A stretch of DNA of 64,000 nucleotides from positions 1,344,001-1,408,000 of the forward strand of contig CAWCKY010000004.1 in NCBI GenBank assembly GCA_963796275.1, given 5' to 3'. The DNA is from an uncultured Acidobacteriota bacterium. Lineage in GTDB: Bacteria; Acidobacteriota; Blastocatellia; RBC074. The notes beneath the pieces are model-generated. The model had not been told where the DNA came from and searched no databases. It was given only the letters and a program-made list of their open reading frames with translations. Both the position numbers and the translations under genes were made by a program. This document shows, in pieces, positions 23,101-32,500 of the stretch (position 1 is its first letter; each line of letters starts with the position of its first letter).

Positions 23101-23381
23101 TTTCGCTACCTGTGATCGGCACGTCCGGCAATCTGCCGCGGAATGCGGGACGAGGGCCGAGGTCATACACACTCAATTTACGCCTATCGCGCGAGTTCGT
23201 CTTCACTGAAACCCGGACCGCCGAGATACAGGTGGAGGCATTCAATCCATTCAATACGACGGTTTATAGTTTCGGCAGCGAGTTTGTCGATTACACGCCC
23301 GCGAGACTGGGAGACTTCCTGACGCCTCCGCGAACGGTGAAACCGAGAACGATGCGAGTGGGATTGAAGGTGAAGTTTTAA
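20148..23381 (+). CDS. TonB-dependent receptor with carboxypeptidase-regulatory-like N-domain (acidobacterial Oar-like type)
   Basis: N-domain FEGLVT..GARVTL..GTYVLRVEATGF; VEEVQVITNQFSSEYGRASGG; FLQDDWRV..LTLSLGLRWD; C-terminal RTMRVGLKVKF ending in Phe. Confidence 0.92.
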   Translation: MNSSTILLCLSLFFCHLDDLDHASFEGLVTESSNNAIVGARVTLHHIGNNSERSVITDREGHYRFPKLAAGTYVLRVEATGFQSVRYEGIETIAGVTQRRDFRLQPAVIEAQITIDASTDTSMIDTSRTVVGGTITAQEIEVLPVETRNPLDLVYALAGTSPPAFSDRDLAEGDQSDNFQQTPEEAGVFSLNGGTPFSNNITIEGMDNNDDRGARERINLSSHSVEEVQVITNQFSSEYGRASGGRVNLRIRGGSNNLRGEAFYYLREESLNANDFRRNADPARGVRLPYQNHNPGAKIGGPIIPDRLFLFGAYEYDYIYDRAEISALLPVETNPIFPLPRPTGANLGSTSHNRMGIPVDVNGGAAVGLYDLQVTTPRTAHTFQSRADFKPGAQHDIFAIYTLARNVDERGFPGGRRTLDTIRRTGRSSQSIAFSGTSVVTSWLINSAKFQFSRLAPADAPSDNGPVILIETDDPRDVVGQSSANPFTRSGRLTAGSSTLGGTDRREERYQIQETLNYIRGGHTWRLGGDFQKIRSRFIDISDATGTFSFATPADFLASTPSRYQHRFNTGSELRNSYTAIFLQDDWRVRPHLTLSLGLRWDNETILKDRNNFGPRVSFAWDPFHTSRTVVRGGFGIFYNRVLLRTLDDFLLTSNTIAIDTNNEAAEHLLTELQFPNALAADDPRVGQLGVRESGFLRRIGEGFRIPESYQAALGFEREFGGEYKIGLNYVFSRGLHLWREINANAPRLPVGYRDFTEYLTAREFDNTRDPITRRRPITATGNADTVRFSLSQAPSQVVNENGKRIVVIGLNNTSTSNQSISTAGARAAIRNLRPDPTVTQVEELQSRGNSYYHGLNIELQRRFIDRVFFRASYTLSKLIDDGVVNTSSPLVSGNFVRERAPSLMDARHRVTFSGSYLIPRYFGGINLSGTFTLYSARPFSIGINGNDRNLDDVNNDRPIFGGEADEIIWRGTSEPLDQALVNGFSLPVIGTSGNLPRNAGRGPRSYTLNLRLSREFVFTETRTAEIQVEAFNPFNTTVYSFGSEFVDYTPARLGDFLTPPRTVKPRTMRVGLKVKF

Positions 23382-23469
23382 ACGGGGTGACCAAACTAAG
23401 CCGTAAGCGGTCAATTCCCGGCACTTCTACCCCGGGAACTGACCATAATCACAGCCGCGTAGCTTTAAT

Positions 23470-24332
23470 GTTTGGAGTTCCGCGTTTACACTGTCTTTAT
23501 CATTTCGGAAGATTACCGGACCGCCTGAAGGCGGAACTCCGAACTTCGCGTTTGGAGTTCCGCGTTTACGCGGTCTTTATCATTCAGAAGATTTCCGGAC
23601 CGCCTGAAGGCGGAACTCCGAACTTCGCGTTTGGAGTTCCGCGTTTACGCGGTCTTTATCATTTCGGAAGATTTCCGGACCGCCTGAAGGCGGAACTCCG
23701 AACTTCGCGTTTGGAGTTCCGCGTTTACGCGGTCTTTATCATTCAGAAGATTTCCGGACCGCCTGAAGGCGGAACTCCGAACTTCGCGTTTGGAGTTCCG
23801 CGTTTACGCGGTCTTTATCATTCAGAAGATTTCCGGACCGCCTGAAGGTGGAACTCCGAACTTCGCGTTTGGAGTTCCGCGTTTACGCGGTCTTTATCAT
23901 TTCGGAAGATTTCCGGACCGCCTGAAGGCGGAACTCCGAACTTCGCGTTTGGAGTTCCGCGTTTACGCGGTCTTTATCATTCAGAAGATTTCCGGACCGC
24001 CTGAAGGTGGAACTCCGAACTTCGCGTTTGGAGTTCCGCGTTTACGCGGTCTTTATCATTCGGAAGATTTCCGGACCGCCTGAAGGCGGAACTCCGAACT
24101 TCGCGTTTGGAGTTCCGCGTTTACGCGGTCTTTATCATTCAGAAGATTTCCGGACCGCCTGAAGGTGGAACTCCGAACTTCGCGTTTGGAGTTCCGCGTT
24201 TACGCGGTCTTTATCATTTCGGAAGATTTCCGGACCGCCTGAAGGCGGAACTCCGAACTTCGCGTTTGGAGTTCCGCGTTTACGCGGTCTTTATCATTCG
24301 GAAGATTTCCGGACCGCCAAAAGCGGTACTCG
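23470..24332. repeat. Tandem array of 11 x 79-80 bp REP doublets (REPIN/BIME-like)
   Basis: Units start at 23474, 23554, 23633, 23713, 23792, 23871, 23951, 24030, 24109, 24188 and 24268. Each reads GGAGTTCCGCGTTTACGCGGTC - spacer - GACCGCCTGAAGGCGGAACTCC - gaacttcgcgttt. The array lies between convergent genes. Confidence 0.95.
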
Positions 24333-24361
24333 CGTCCCAAAGGAATTGGCCACAAAACTCA

Positions 24362-26917
24362 CTACCTCGATATGGATAAATCAACACCGCGGTTTCTTCT
24401 AATCAATTGATCCAATTCGTGGGCTAATTTGGAGTTTCTATTCTCCAATATCTTCTGATTCTGTACTGCCGCTGCGAGATCTCCATCCCAAAGGTACAAT
24501 AATGCCAGTTTGAACCGCTCGTACTCTTTTTCCGGATGTGTACCCAGGTTTTTCTCAACCTCCTGGATAGCCTCTTTCGCTTCCCGCAGTTCGTAAATCG
24601 AACGGGACAGATTTTCAGATGCCACAGCACAGCTCTTATCCCAGTCACTCGCGGAACAAATACTAACAGCCTTGGACAAATGCTTCTTTGCATCGCGCCA
24701 TTCCTTATTTGCGACATGAACGAGACCGATATTATAGAGTGGCCCGAAACTCTCTTTGATCAAGAGCGCCCTGTTCGATGCCATTAGGCACAAATCGTAA
24801 TTCCCCAAGCTGTAATGGGCAAAACCGAGTTGTTGCCATGCCAGGTCGAGTCGGGAGTCGGTATCGACTGATTGCTGAAGTGGTATGATCGCTTCCGCGA
24901 ATTTCCCCTCATCCACGAGACTCGCGCCCAGATTATAAAATCCTATCGCCTCGCTTGAGATATCCGTTGGATAGACAATTTTTTTCCGCGATAGCTTATC
25001 CATTGGTATTGGCTGTTCTAGTGCATTTGGTTGCGCCTCGATGCTCGGTGATATCCGCTCACGCGTGGTTACAGGCTGGTTTCGTAATCCTGGCTGCTCC
25101 GATCCCCTCAGCCGAAAATACGAGCCTATAAAAAACCCGATGAGCAGGATCAATATCACAACCCGCCGGCTGTTTTTCCTGGTCGCAACTTCCCAATCTT
25201 TCGTCGCCTGTGCGAAGGATTGCTTCTCGCTCATCAATGAAGGAAGAAGACGCTGGCGGCTGTCTTCGATCTGACTCTTGACGCGGTTCAGATAAAATGC
25301 GCCGCTGCTTAATTCGAGCTCAAGCCGATGGCGCAACTCGTCGATCTCTTTTTCAACGGAGATGCGCGCCCGGTGCGTCACGCCATCGCCATTCGCTTCG
25401 AGAGTATCGAGCCGCGATTGGCGCATTTGAGGGATCCTTTCGTATGTCTCTTTCCGGTTCTGCAGTTCAACGAACTTGTCGATAAATCGTTCATCGGTAG
25501 CCTCCTCTTTCCATTTCTTTTCCAATTCGCGAACATTTTCATCAGCCTCGCGCATGACTGTCTGAATCTTGGCGACGATCGGGCTGTGAACTTTCGAACT
25601 CTTGAATCGGAAAAATCGCCATCCCTTATTTCTGGCGATACCCGCTACCACAACCCCAGCCAGCGCCAGTGTAAAGATGGAAGCCGTCGTAACCCCGATG
25701 GCGAATCCGGCGATTACCGCGATAACTAGAGCGAGAATCATGAATTTCGATCTCTCGCGCACAGCCTTCCACCCCAGATTGGAAGGTTCCAGCAATTCAT
25801 GTGAGACCGTGCGTACCGATGGAGTTGCCGGCGGAGGGCTTATCGATGAAATCTCTTGCCAGACCTCATCGAGCTTGAAGTGCACGCGCTTCCGCGCCTT
25901 CCCGTTTAGCGGGAAATTGAAGAGCCGTATCCTCGCGCCCGTTTCAATCCCGCACCAGGGACACTCGGGTAATTCCCGGAAATAATGATGCCCGCTGTGA
26001 AGACCGCATTTCTTCAGAGAAGTCGCCAATGACTCGAGCGGCGCGATCCATTCTTGTGGTTTGGGGCGCTCGTCGGCAATCGCCGATAAAAAAGCGCGGC
26101 GGAACAGTTCCGCGATCGGCTCGGGAATCGCATCCATCGACAAGGCGCCAGGCGGCTGCTTCATATCCCTCGATCCGGAATCGGCTCCGTATGCGAACCG
26201 GTGTTCCCTGATCGCCCTCAGCAACGACATCTCTCCTTCGCCCAAATAAAGGCCCGAGAATGGATGCCTGCCAAGGAAGAGAAGTTGGAATACCGCCACC
26301 GCCAGACCAAAAGAATCGTGAGCAGGTACGCGATTGACCTCACCGAGTGCTATTCCTTGCAACTCCGGCGGAGTGTATTCGGGGAAGCCTCCCTCACATC
26401 GATAAAATTTGCGGCCGGCCGACACCTGAAAACTGTCACAGTCGAGCAGAAAAATGGTCGCTCTCCTGGTGACGAGAATATTTTTGGGATTGACGTCCCC
26501 GATGACGAAACCGTGTTCGTGGACGTTGGCGATTGCCCGCACGATGTTTGCGGCCACGTATATCAGGAACTCCCAAGAGGCTTCGGGGAACGACTGCAGC
26601 CTGCTCTTTGGACTGTGGAGGGCGTGGACTTCTTTCCCCTCGTTGATCCTCTTCATCACAAACCCGACCACATCGCCTCCGGGGCGAGCGCGCAATATAT
26701 CGACGGGCCAGGCGGAGAGTTTGATTAACCTTCCCGTTCCGAGGCGCGAAAGCGTGATGAGCTTCTCGGACTTCTCCGGCGTTATCGGTCCGTGGTAAAT
26801 CTTGGCTGCGAGATCGCATCTGCCTTGAACTTCAAAAACCGCCCCCTCGCCGCCCGCGCCTAGAGGCTCTCCAGTTCGAACGATTTCCCCATCGGAGTTG
26901 TAAAAATTCTTATTCAT
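24362..26917 (-). CDS. yegI: YegI/TerY-K-type atypical Ser/Thr kinase with TM segments and C-terminal TPR domain
   Basis: LGAGGEGAVF, AAKIY, IGDVNPKN, LLDCDSFQ, YTPPELQG and GRHPFSG; C..H.GHHY...CPWC zinc site; hydrophobic segments; TPR repeats; sits in an operon with PP2C and vWA genes. Confidence 0.85.
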   Translation of the reverse strand: MNKNFYNSDGEIVRTGEPLGAGGEGAVFEVQGRCDLAAKIYHGPITPEKSEKLITLSRLGTGRLIKLSAWPVDILRARPGGDVVGFVMKRINEGKEVHALHSPKSRLQSFPEASWEFLIYVAANIVRAIANVHEHGFVIGDVNPKNILVTRRATIFLLDCDSFQVSAGRKFYRCEGGFPEYTPPELQGIALGEVNRVPAHDSFGLAVAVFQLLFLGRHPFSGLYLGEGEMSLLRAIREHRFAYGADSGSRDMKQPPGALSMDAIPEPIAELFRRAFLSAIADERPKPQEWIAPLESLATSLKKCGLHSGHHYFRELPECPWCGIETGARIRLFNFPLNGKARKRVHFKLDEVWQEISSISPPPATPSVRTVSHELLEPSNLGWKAVRERSKFMILALVIAVIAGFAIGVTTASIFTLALAGVVVAGIARNKGWRFFRFKSSKVHSPIVAKIQTVMREADENVRELEKKWKEEATDERFIDKFVELQNRKETYERIPQMRQSRLDTLEANGDGVTHRARISVEKEIDELRHRLELELSSGAFYLNRVKSQIEDSRQRLLPSLMSEKQSFAQATKDWEVATRKNSRRVVILILLIGFFIGSYFRLRGSEQPGLRNQPVTTRERISPSIEAQPNALEQPIPMDKLSRKKIVYPTDISSEAIGFYNLGASLVDEGKFAEAIIPLQQSVDTDSRLDLAWQQLGFAHYSLGNYDLCLMASNRALLIKESFGPLYNIGLVHVANKEWRDAKKHLSKAVSICSASDWDKSCAVASENLSRSIYELREAKEAIQEVEKNLGTHPEKEYERFKLALLYLWDGDLAAAVQNQKILENRNSKLAHELDQLIRRNRGVDLSISR

Positions 26918-26944
26918 GGCTTTAGGGTTTCATGGCTTCTGTTT

Positions 26945-27700
26945 TTATCTTCTGGTCGCCAGGATCAGTGTCTTGTCATCATCCGTCCTCCCGTTGATCC
27001 TGTCAGAATTCAAATATTCGACCAGTGAATCCGAGAGCTCTCTTGAATATCCAATGCGGCGCGGCCGCAGCCAGGCGAACATCGATGCGAAGTATGGCGC
27101 ATATGCCTTCCGGGTGCGGTAGTCTAACACCAGATTTTGAATCCCATCCGTGAAAAGCGCGACCTCGTCGATACCAGAGGTATTCATCTCACAGTAAATC
27201 TTATCCGCAGCATCGTCATCGGTCAAAAAATTGGTCGAATTGGCATATTCGCCCTGTTGCGGCCAGCAAACGCAACGATATTCGTCTTCTCCGGCGGAGG
27301 CGACGATCGCGCCGTCACCGATTTGAAAATATGCCGCCTGTTCCCTTCCCACAACCGCCGCCAGCAGTGTGCAGGCGTATTCCCTGGGCGATTCGCCAGC
27401 CCATCTCGCGGCTATACTTTGAAACCTGCCGATCCAGCCGTGAATGAAATCATCGACGAGCTGTTCCCAGGTTTTTCCTCCATCAAAATGTGACTTGACA
27501 TCTGCGACCAACAGATCACAAGCCAGAATCGAGCCCAGATTGGCACGAACCGCGCTGCCAGCGCCATCCGATGCAACAGCCAGCAGAATTTCTTCTCCCT
27601 GTGGCCCGTTAAAAACCTCGGCTCGACACGAGTCCTGACAAGTCATCGCGGATTTGTTATGTGATGTACCGGCGACCGAGGCTAATCCATATTTCCACAT
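26945..27700 (-). CDS. yegK: YegK/TerY-P-type PP2C phosphatase
   Basis: ASVAGTSH..CQD, AVASDGAGSA, QIGDG, GEYANSTNFLTD, FTDG and RTDDDKTL. Confidence 0.9.
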   Translation of the reverse strand: MWKYGLASVAGTSHNKSAMTCQDSCRAEVFNGPQGEEILLAVASDGAGSAVRANLGSILACDLLVADVKSHFDGGKTWEQLVDDFIHGWIGRFQSIAARWAGESPREYACTLLAAVVGREQAAYFQIGDGAIVASAGEDEYRCVCWPQQGEYANSTNFLTDDDAADKIYCEMNTSGIDEVALFTDGIQNLVLDYRTRKAYAPYFASMFAWLRPRRIGYSRELSDSLVEYLNSDRINGRTDDDKTLILATRR

Positions 27701-27751
27701 AAACAGTTTTTAGTTTTCAGGCGCAGATACCGGAAATCCGGAGTCAAAAAC

Positions 27752-28549
27752 TCATAATGAAGCCCAGCCATCGGGTGACACAGGATTCTTGAGTTCGACG
27801 TCGTCTCCGGGACTTGAGCGTGATACGTAGGCCAGCGAAGACGAGAGCCACATAAACATCTCCCGAAAACGCATGCCGGTGAGTTTGAGCGGCTGCCGGA
27901 CTGAAATATTCCGGAGTAAGTCGAAATTAGCGCCCTCAACCCCGACGGCGAAAAAAGCGAACGCCTTTGAGTCCTCTCCTGCCCGGACAAGATCGGCCGC
28001 GCGTTCCCAATTGTCGGTCGGCTCACCATCGCTGATCAAAAAAATCCACGGCCGGTAGTAGGATATCCCGTTTTGCCGATAGGCGGCCTTTCGCTCATTC
28101 ACTATTTCAATGGCCTTTTCGATCGCGGTTCCCATCGGTGTGTCACCTTCAGCGCCTAGCGTGGGAGGGCTGAATAGATCGGGAGACTGAAATTCCGTAA
28201 TTCGCTTGACCGGGCCAAAGGTCATCAATGACAGCTCGACCCGTTTGATCGCCAGCCCATCGGTCAACAGAGCGGTCCTGAAAGCCATGAGGCCCGCGTT
28301 CAGCTCATCGATCGGCCTCACTCTTCTGATGGATATCGAATCGTTGAGTATCTTCTGGACAGGCGAGAGCGACGGCGAAACGGCCTTCACATGATTCATT
28401 GACCCCGAAGTATCCAGGAGGAGGACGCACGGACAGCGCGGCTCCGGGTTATCGACGAATTCGGGATCGGGAAACGGGACCTGGTCTTGAAATTCGTTCA
28501 CGTATAGATTACTCCCAGTAAGTAAGAGCCACAGCAAACTTTTTTTCAA
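27752..28549 (-). CDS. yegL: YegL/TerY-type vWA domain protein
   Basis: [18 protein letters not shown] (MIDAS), [32 protein letters not shown] and WLSSSL; the start could instead be GTG 28501. Confidence 0.92.
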   Translation of the reverse strand: MKKSLLWLLLTGSNLYVNEFQDQVPFPDPEFVDNPEPRCPCVLLLDTSGSMNHVKAVSPSLSPVQKILNDSISIRRVRPIDELNAGLMAFRTALLTDGLAIKRVELSLMTFGPVKRITEFQSPDLFSPPTLGAEGDTPMGTAIEKAIEIVNERKAAYRQNGISYYRPWIFLISDGEPTDNWERAADLVRAGEDSKAFAFFAVGVEGANFDLLRNISVRQPLKLTGMRFREMFMWLSSSLAYVSRSSPGDDVELKNPVSPDGWASL

Positions 28550-28832
28550 ACACTATCTTCCTTATCCCTGCTCATATCCCTGCAATTGCTGCTGTGGATT
28601 CTATCATCGAAAAGACGCCAAAACACCACCGGCGGTTCCCAAATGTATGAATGGTTCTCTGTAAATACTACGATTGGTGCATAAATCATCGTTATTTATC
28701 TGAGGAGTGTTCAAAATTAATCTCCAACATAATCTATTTTCACGCAGCTCACGCCCGGGTGCACCTTACAATCGTTGACGTTTGCCCCCCTCAATTTAGT
28801 CGCACGACTAATTTGCTAGACGCGAATTTTTG

Positions 28833-29462
28833 TCATTTTGCGACTTTTTTGGTTCTCTCAGAGTTTTCGCTCGATTTCTTATGATTATCTACGGACTTCA
28901 ACACCTCTAGCTCGAAGATAATCTCCTTGCCCCGCACGATCGCGTTAACATACTGCTCCCAGAACTTGCGAAAGAACCTCAAGCTGGGATACGAATTATC
29001 GAGATTTATCAACAATTCAAATCCAAATGGCTTCCAAAGGTTCAGTACGGTCACACGGGTCCGGCGCTCACGAAATCGAACCTCGGTATAAAAAGGAAAA
29101 ACTTCGCGCCCTTCGATCAAATTGCGGAACGAATAACTGTTGAGATGGTTGCGGTGTGTCAGGTCAGTAGCAAAATCGGGATTTGTCCAATGAGGTGCGA
29201 TAAGCTTGACCAATCCGCCGGGCCGCGTGATGCGGTGTAATTCCATCACTACTGCCAATGGATCACGGACATGTTCGATAACGTGGCGGCCGATTACTTC
29301 ATCGAACTGGTTATCGGGGAAAGGATAGGGTATATCGTCGAGATCGTGGATCACGTCGGCAGCACTGCGCTGGTTGACATCCATACCGATTGCGCCGGGA
29401 ATCTTGTTGGTTCCGCAGCCGATGTCGAGCACGCGAGGGCTTGCCTCATAGCTTCGGCTCAT
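28833..29462 (-). CDS. Class I SAM-dependent methyltransferase
   Basis: VLDIGCG motif I, PFPDNQFD and HVIEH..ELHRITRPGG. Confidence 0.85.
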   Translation of the reverse strand: MSRSYEASPRVLDIGCGTNKIPGAIGMDVNQRSAADVIHDLDDIPYPFPDNQFDEVIGRHVIEHVRDPLAVVMELHRITRPGGLVKLIAPHWTNPDFATDLTHRNHLNSYSFRNLIEGREVFPFYTEVRFRERRTRVTVLNLWKPFGFELLINLDNSYPSLRFFRKFWEQYVNAIVRGKEIIFELEVLKSVDNHKKSSENSERTKKVAK

Positions 29463-29584
29463 TACTTTAGACTTCCTTACTCTGGAACATCTGCTTCGCT
29501 GCTACAGCAAACAAGAAGTCGTAGTTTAGCACAGCCTTCATTTGTGTTTTTGTCTTATTGTGTTTTTTGTGGTCAGTCCCATTC

Positions 29585-32500
29585 TCAATCAGGCTGATAA
29601 TTCAGATTCGGCGCGAGCCATCGCTCGATTTCGCCTGTATCCATGCCTTTGCGGCGAGCGTAATCTTCAACCTGATCGCGCTCGATCTTGCCGAGGGCGA
29701 AGTATTTAGCTTCAGGATGTGCGAGGTAGAGGCCGCTGATAGAGCTCGCGGGAATCATTGCAAATGACTCTGTCAGTGTGATTCCGATACTATTTTCAGT
29801 ATTCAGCAAATCGAACAACAAGCGCTTCTCGGTGTGATCTGGCTGAGCCGGATAGCCCGGAGCCGGCCGTATCCCACGATATTTTTCTTTGATCAGTTCT
29901 TCGATGCTGAGGTCTTCATCGAGACCGTACCCCCATTCTTCGCGCGCCCGCTTGTGCAACAACTCGGCAAAGGCCTCGGCCAGACGGTCTGCCAGCGCCT
30001 TCGCCATAATCGAGCTGTAATCGTCGAGATCACTCTCGAACTGAGCGCAAAGTTCGGAGAGACCGAAGCCCGTCGTAAGGGCGAATCCCCCGATGTAATC
30101 GGCCCGGCCCGATGATCTGGGCGCGATGAAATCGGCGAGCGCGTGATTGAATTGCCCCTCACGCTTCTCACCCTGCTGGCGCAAGGTATGAAACGTGGTG
30201 AGGATAGTCGCGCGCGCTTCGCCGGGATAGACTTCGATGTCATCACCGAAAGCGTTGGCCGGCCAGAAGCCGTATACGGCGTGGGCCTTGAGCTCTCTTC
30301 GGTTGACGATGCGCGCGAGCAAATTCTGCGCATCTTCGTATAACTTGCGGGCCTGCGCTCCGCTGGACGGGTCATCGAGTATGCGCGGGAATATCCCTTT
30401 CAACTCCCACGCGTGAAAGAATGGCGACCAATCGATGAATGGCGTTATTTGCTCGAGCGGATAATTTTTCAGAAGCCTGACGCCCGTGAATTCAGGTTTG
30501 GCGATCTCGGTCGTCGCCCAATCAATCGGCGTCCGGTTGGCGCGCGCCTTTTCGAGCGTGAGCAATGGCCGCTGGTCCCGCCTGGCTTCATAGAGTTCCC
30601 GGTCGCGATTCTGCTCGCTGAGGTTCTTCAAAGCGAAACGGCTGCGCGTCTCGGCGTTGACCAGAGCCCCGACCACCGGAACGGCGCGTGATGCGTCGAG
30701 AACGTGAACGACGGGCGGTTCGTAGTTCGGCGCGATCTTAACAGCCGTATGCACACGGCTGGTCGTCGCGCCGCCGATCAGCAATGGAGTAGTGAAGCCC
30801 TCGCGCTGCATCTCGCGCGCGACGTGAACCATCTCGTCGAGGGATGGGGTGATGAGCCCGCTCAATCCGATGATGTCTACCTTCTCTTCGTGCGCGACTC
30901 TCAACAGCTTCTCGCAAGGTACCATCACGCCCAGGTCGATGACCTGGTAGTTGTTACATGCCAGCACGACCCCCACTATGTTTTTGCCTATGTCGTGTAC
31001 GTCGCCCTTGACGGTGGCCATCAGAATTTTGCCCTGGGCCCGTCCATTTCCATGCGCCGCCTTCTCTTCGTCCATGAAAGGTTCCAGATAAGCGACTGCC
31101 TTCTTCATGACGCGGGCGGATTTCACCACCTGCGGCAAAAACATCTTGCCCGAACCGAAGAGATCGCCGACCACATTCATTCCGTCCATCAACGGCCCTT
31201 CGATGACGGCCAGCGGTCTGCCATATTTCTGCCGTGCTTCCTCGGCATCCGCCTCGATGAAATCGGCGTTGCCCTTGACCAGCGCATGCGACAAACGTTC
31301 TTCCACCGTACCTGTGCGCCACTCCTCTTCTTTCGCTTCTACCTTGTCCTGCTTTTTGACCGTTTCGGCAAAGGCGATCAGTCTTTCAGTCGAATCCGGC
31401 CGCCGATTGAGCAGGACATCTTCGACCAGTTCAAGCAGGTTTTGGGGATCTCATCATAGACGGTGAGCTGGCCGGCGTTGACGATGCCCATGTCCATCCC
31501 GGCCTTGATCGCGTGATAGAGGAAAGCCGAATGCATCGCCTCGCGCACGGTATTGTTGCCGCGGAACGAAAACGAAATGTTGCTCACGCCTCCACTGACT
31601 TTCGCCAAAGGCAGATTTTCTTTGATCCACTTGGTCGCGCGGATGAAATCGACCGCGTAATTGTTGTGTTCATCCATCCCAGTCGCGACGGTCAGGATAT
31701 TCGGGTCGAAGATGATGTCCTGCGGCGGAAAACCTATTTCGTCGGCCAAAATGCGATAGGCGCGCCCGCATATCTCTATCCGGCGTTCTAAATTATCCGC
31801 CTGCCCCTTCTCGTCAAATGCCATCACGATGACCGCCGCGCCGTAACGGCGGATCAGACTCGCCTGCTCTCTGAATTTTTCTTCGCCTTCCTTGAGCGAG
31901 ATGGAATTGACTACGGCCTTGCCCTGCACACATCTAAGACCCGCCTCGATAACCGACCATTTGGAAGAGTCGATCACCAGCGGCACGCGGGCGATATCGG
32001 GCTCGGCGGCGATGAGGTTGAGGAATCTGACCATGGCCGCTTCCGAATCGAGCATCCCCTCATCCATGTTGACGTCGATCAGCTGGGCGCCGTTCTCGAC
32101 CTGCTGGCGCGCAACGGCCAATGCCTCTTCAAACTGGTCGTTGAGAATCAGTTTGGCAAATTTGGGCGATCCCGTGACGTTCGTGCGCTCGCCGATATTG
32201 ACGAAGTTGGTATCGGGCCGCAGCGTCAATGGCTCGTAGCCGCTCAGCCGCAGGTATGGCTCGACTTTAGCCGGCACGTGCGGGGGACAGTCTTTTACCG
32301 CCTCAGCAATCGCGCGGATATGATCGGGCGTGGTGCCGCAGCAGCCGCCGACGAAGTTGAGCCAGCCATTCTGAGCCCACTCCCGCAACTGCGGGGCCAT
32401 GGTTTCTGGCGTCTCCGGAAAACCGGTAGGCGAGAGCGGATCGGGCAGACCGGCATTGGGATATGCGCTTATGTATATGGGCGCGACCGAGGCCAGCTCT

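Noticed and set aside
23470-24332. CRISPR array
   Set aside because: Intervening sequences are near-identical rather than unique, units are inverted REP doublets, and there are no cas genes in the window.
23387-24379. ORFs 23387..23845, 23790..24083 and 24107..24379 (and 19539..20164 on minus) as repeat proteins
   Set aside because: They are translations of REP arrays; unit lengths of 79, 80 and 88 bp are not multiples of three.
4376-31443. Programmed frameshifting or genuine pseudogenisation in ndvB, the kinase and metH
   Set aside because: Three isolated one-base indels in short G/C/A runs, no slippery heptamer plus stimulator, and no other decay; sequencing error is more parsimonious.
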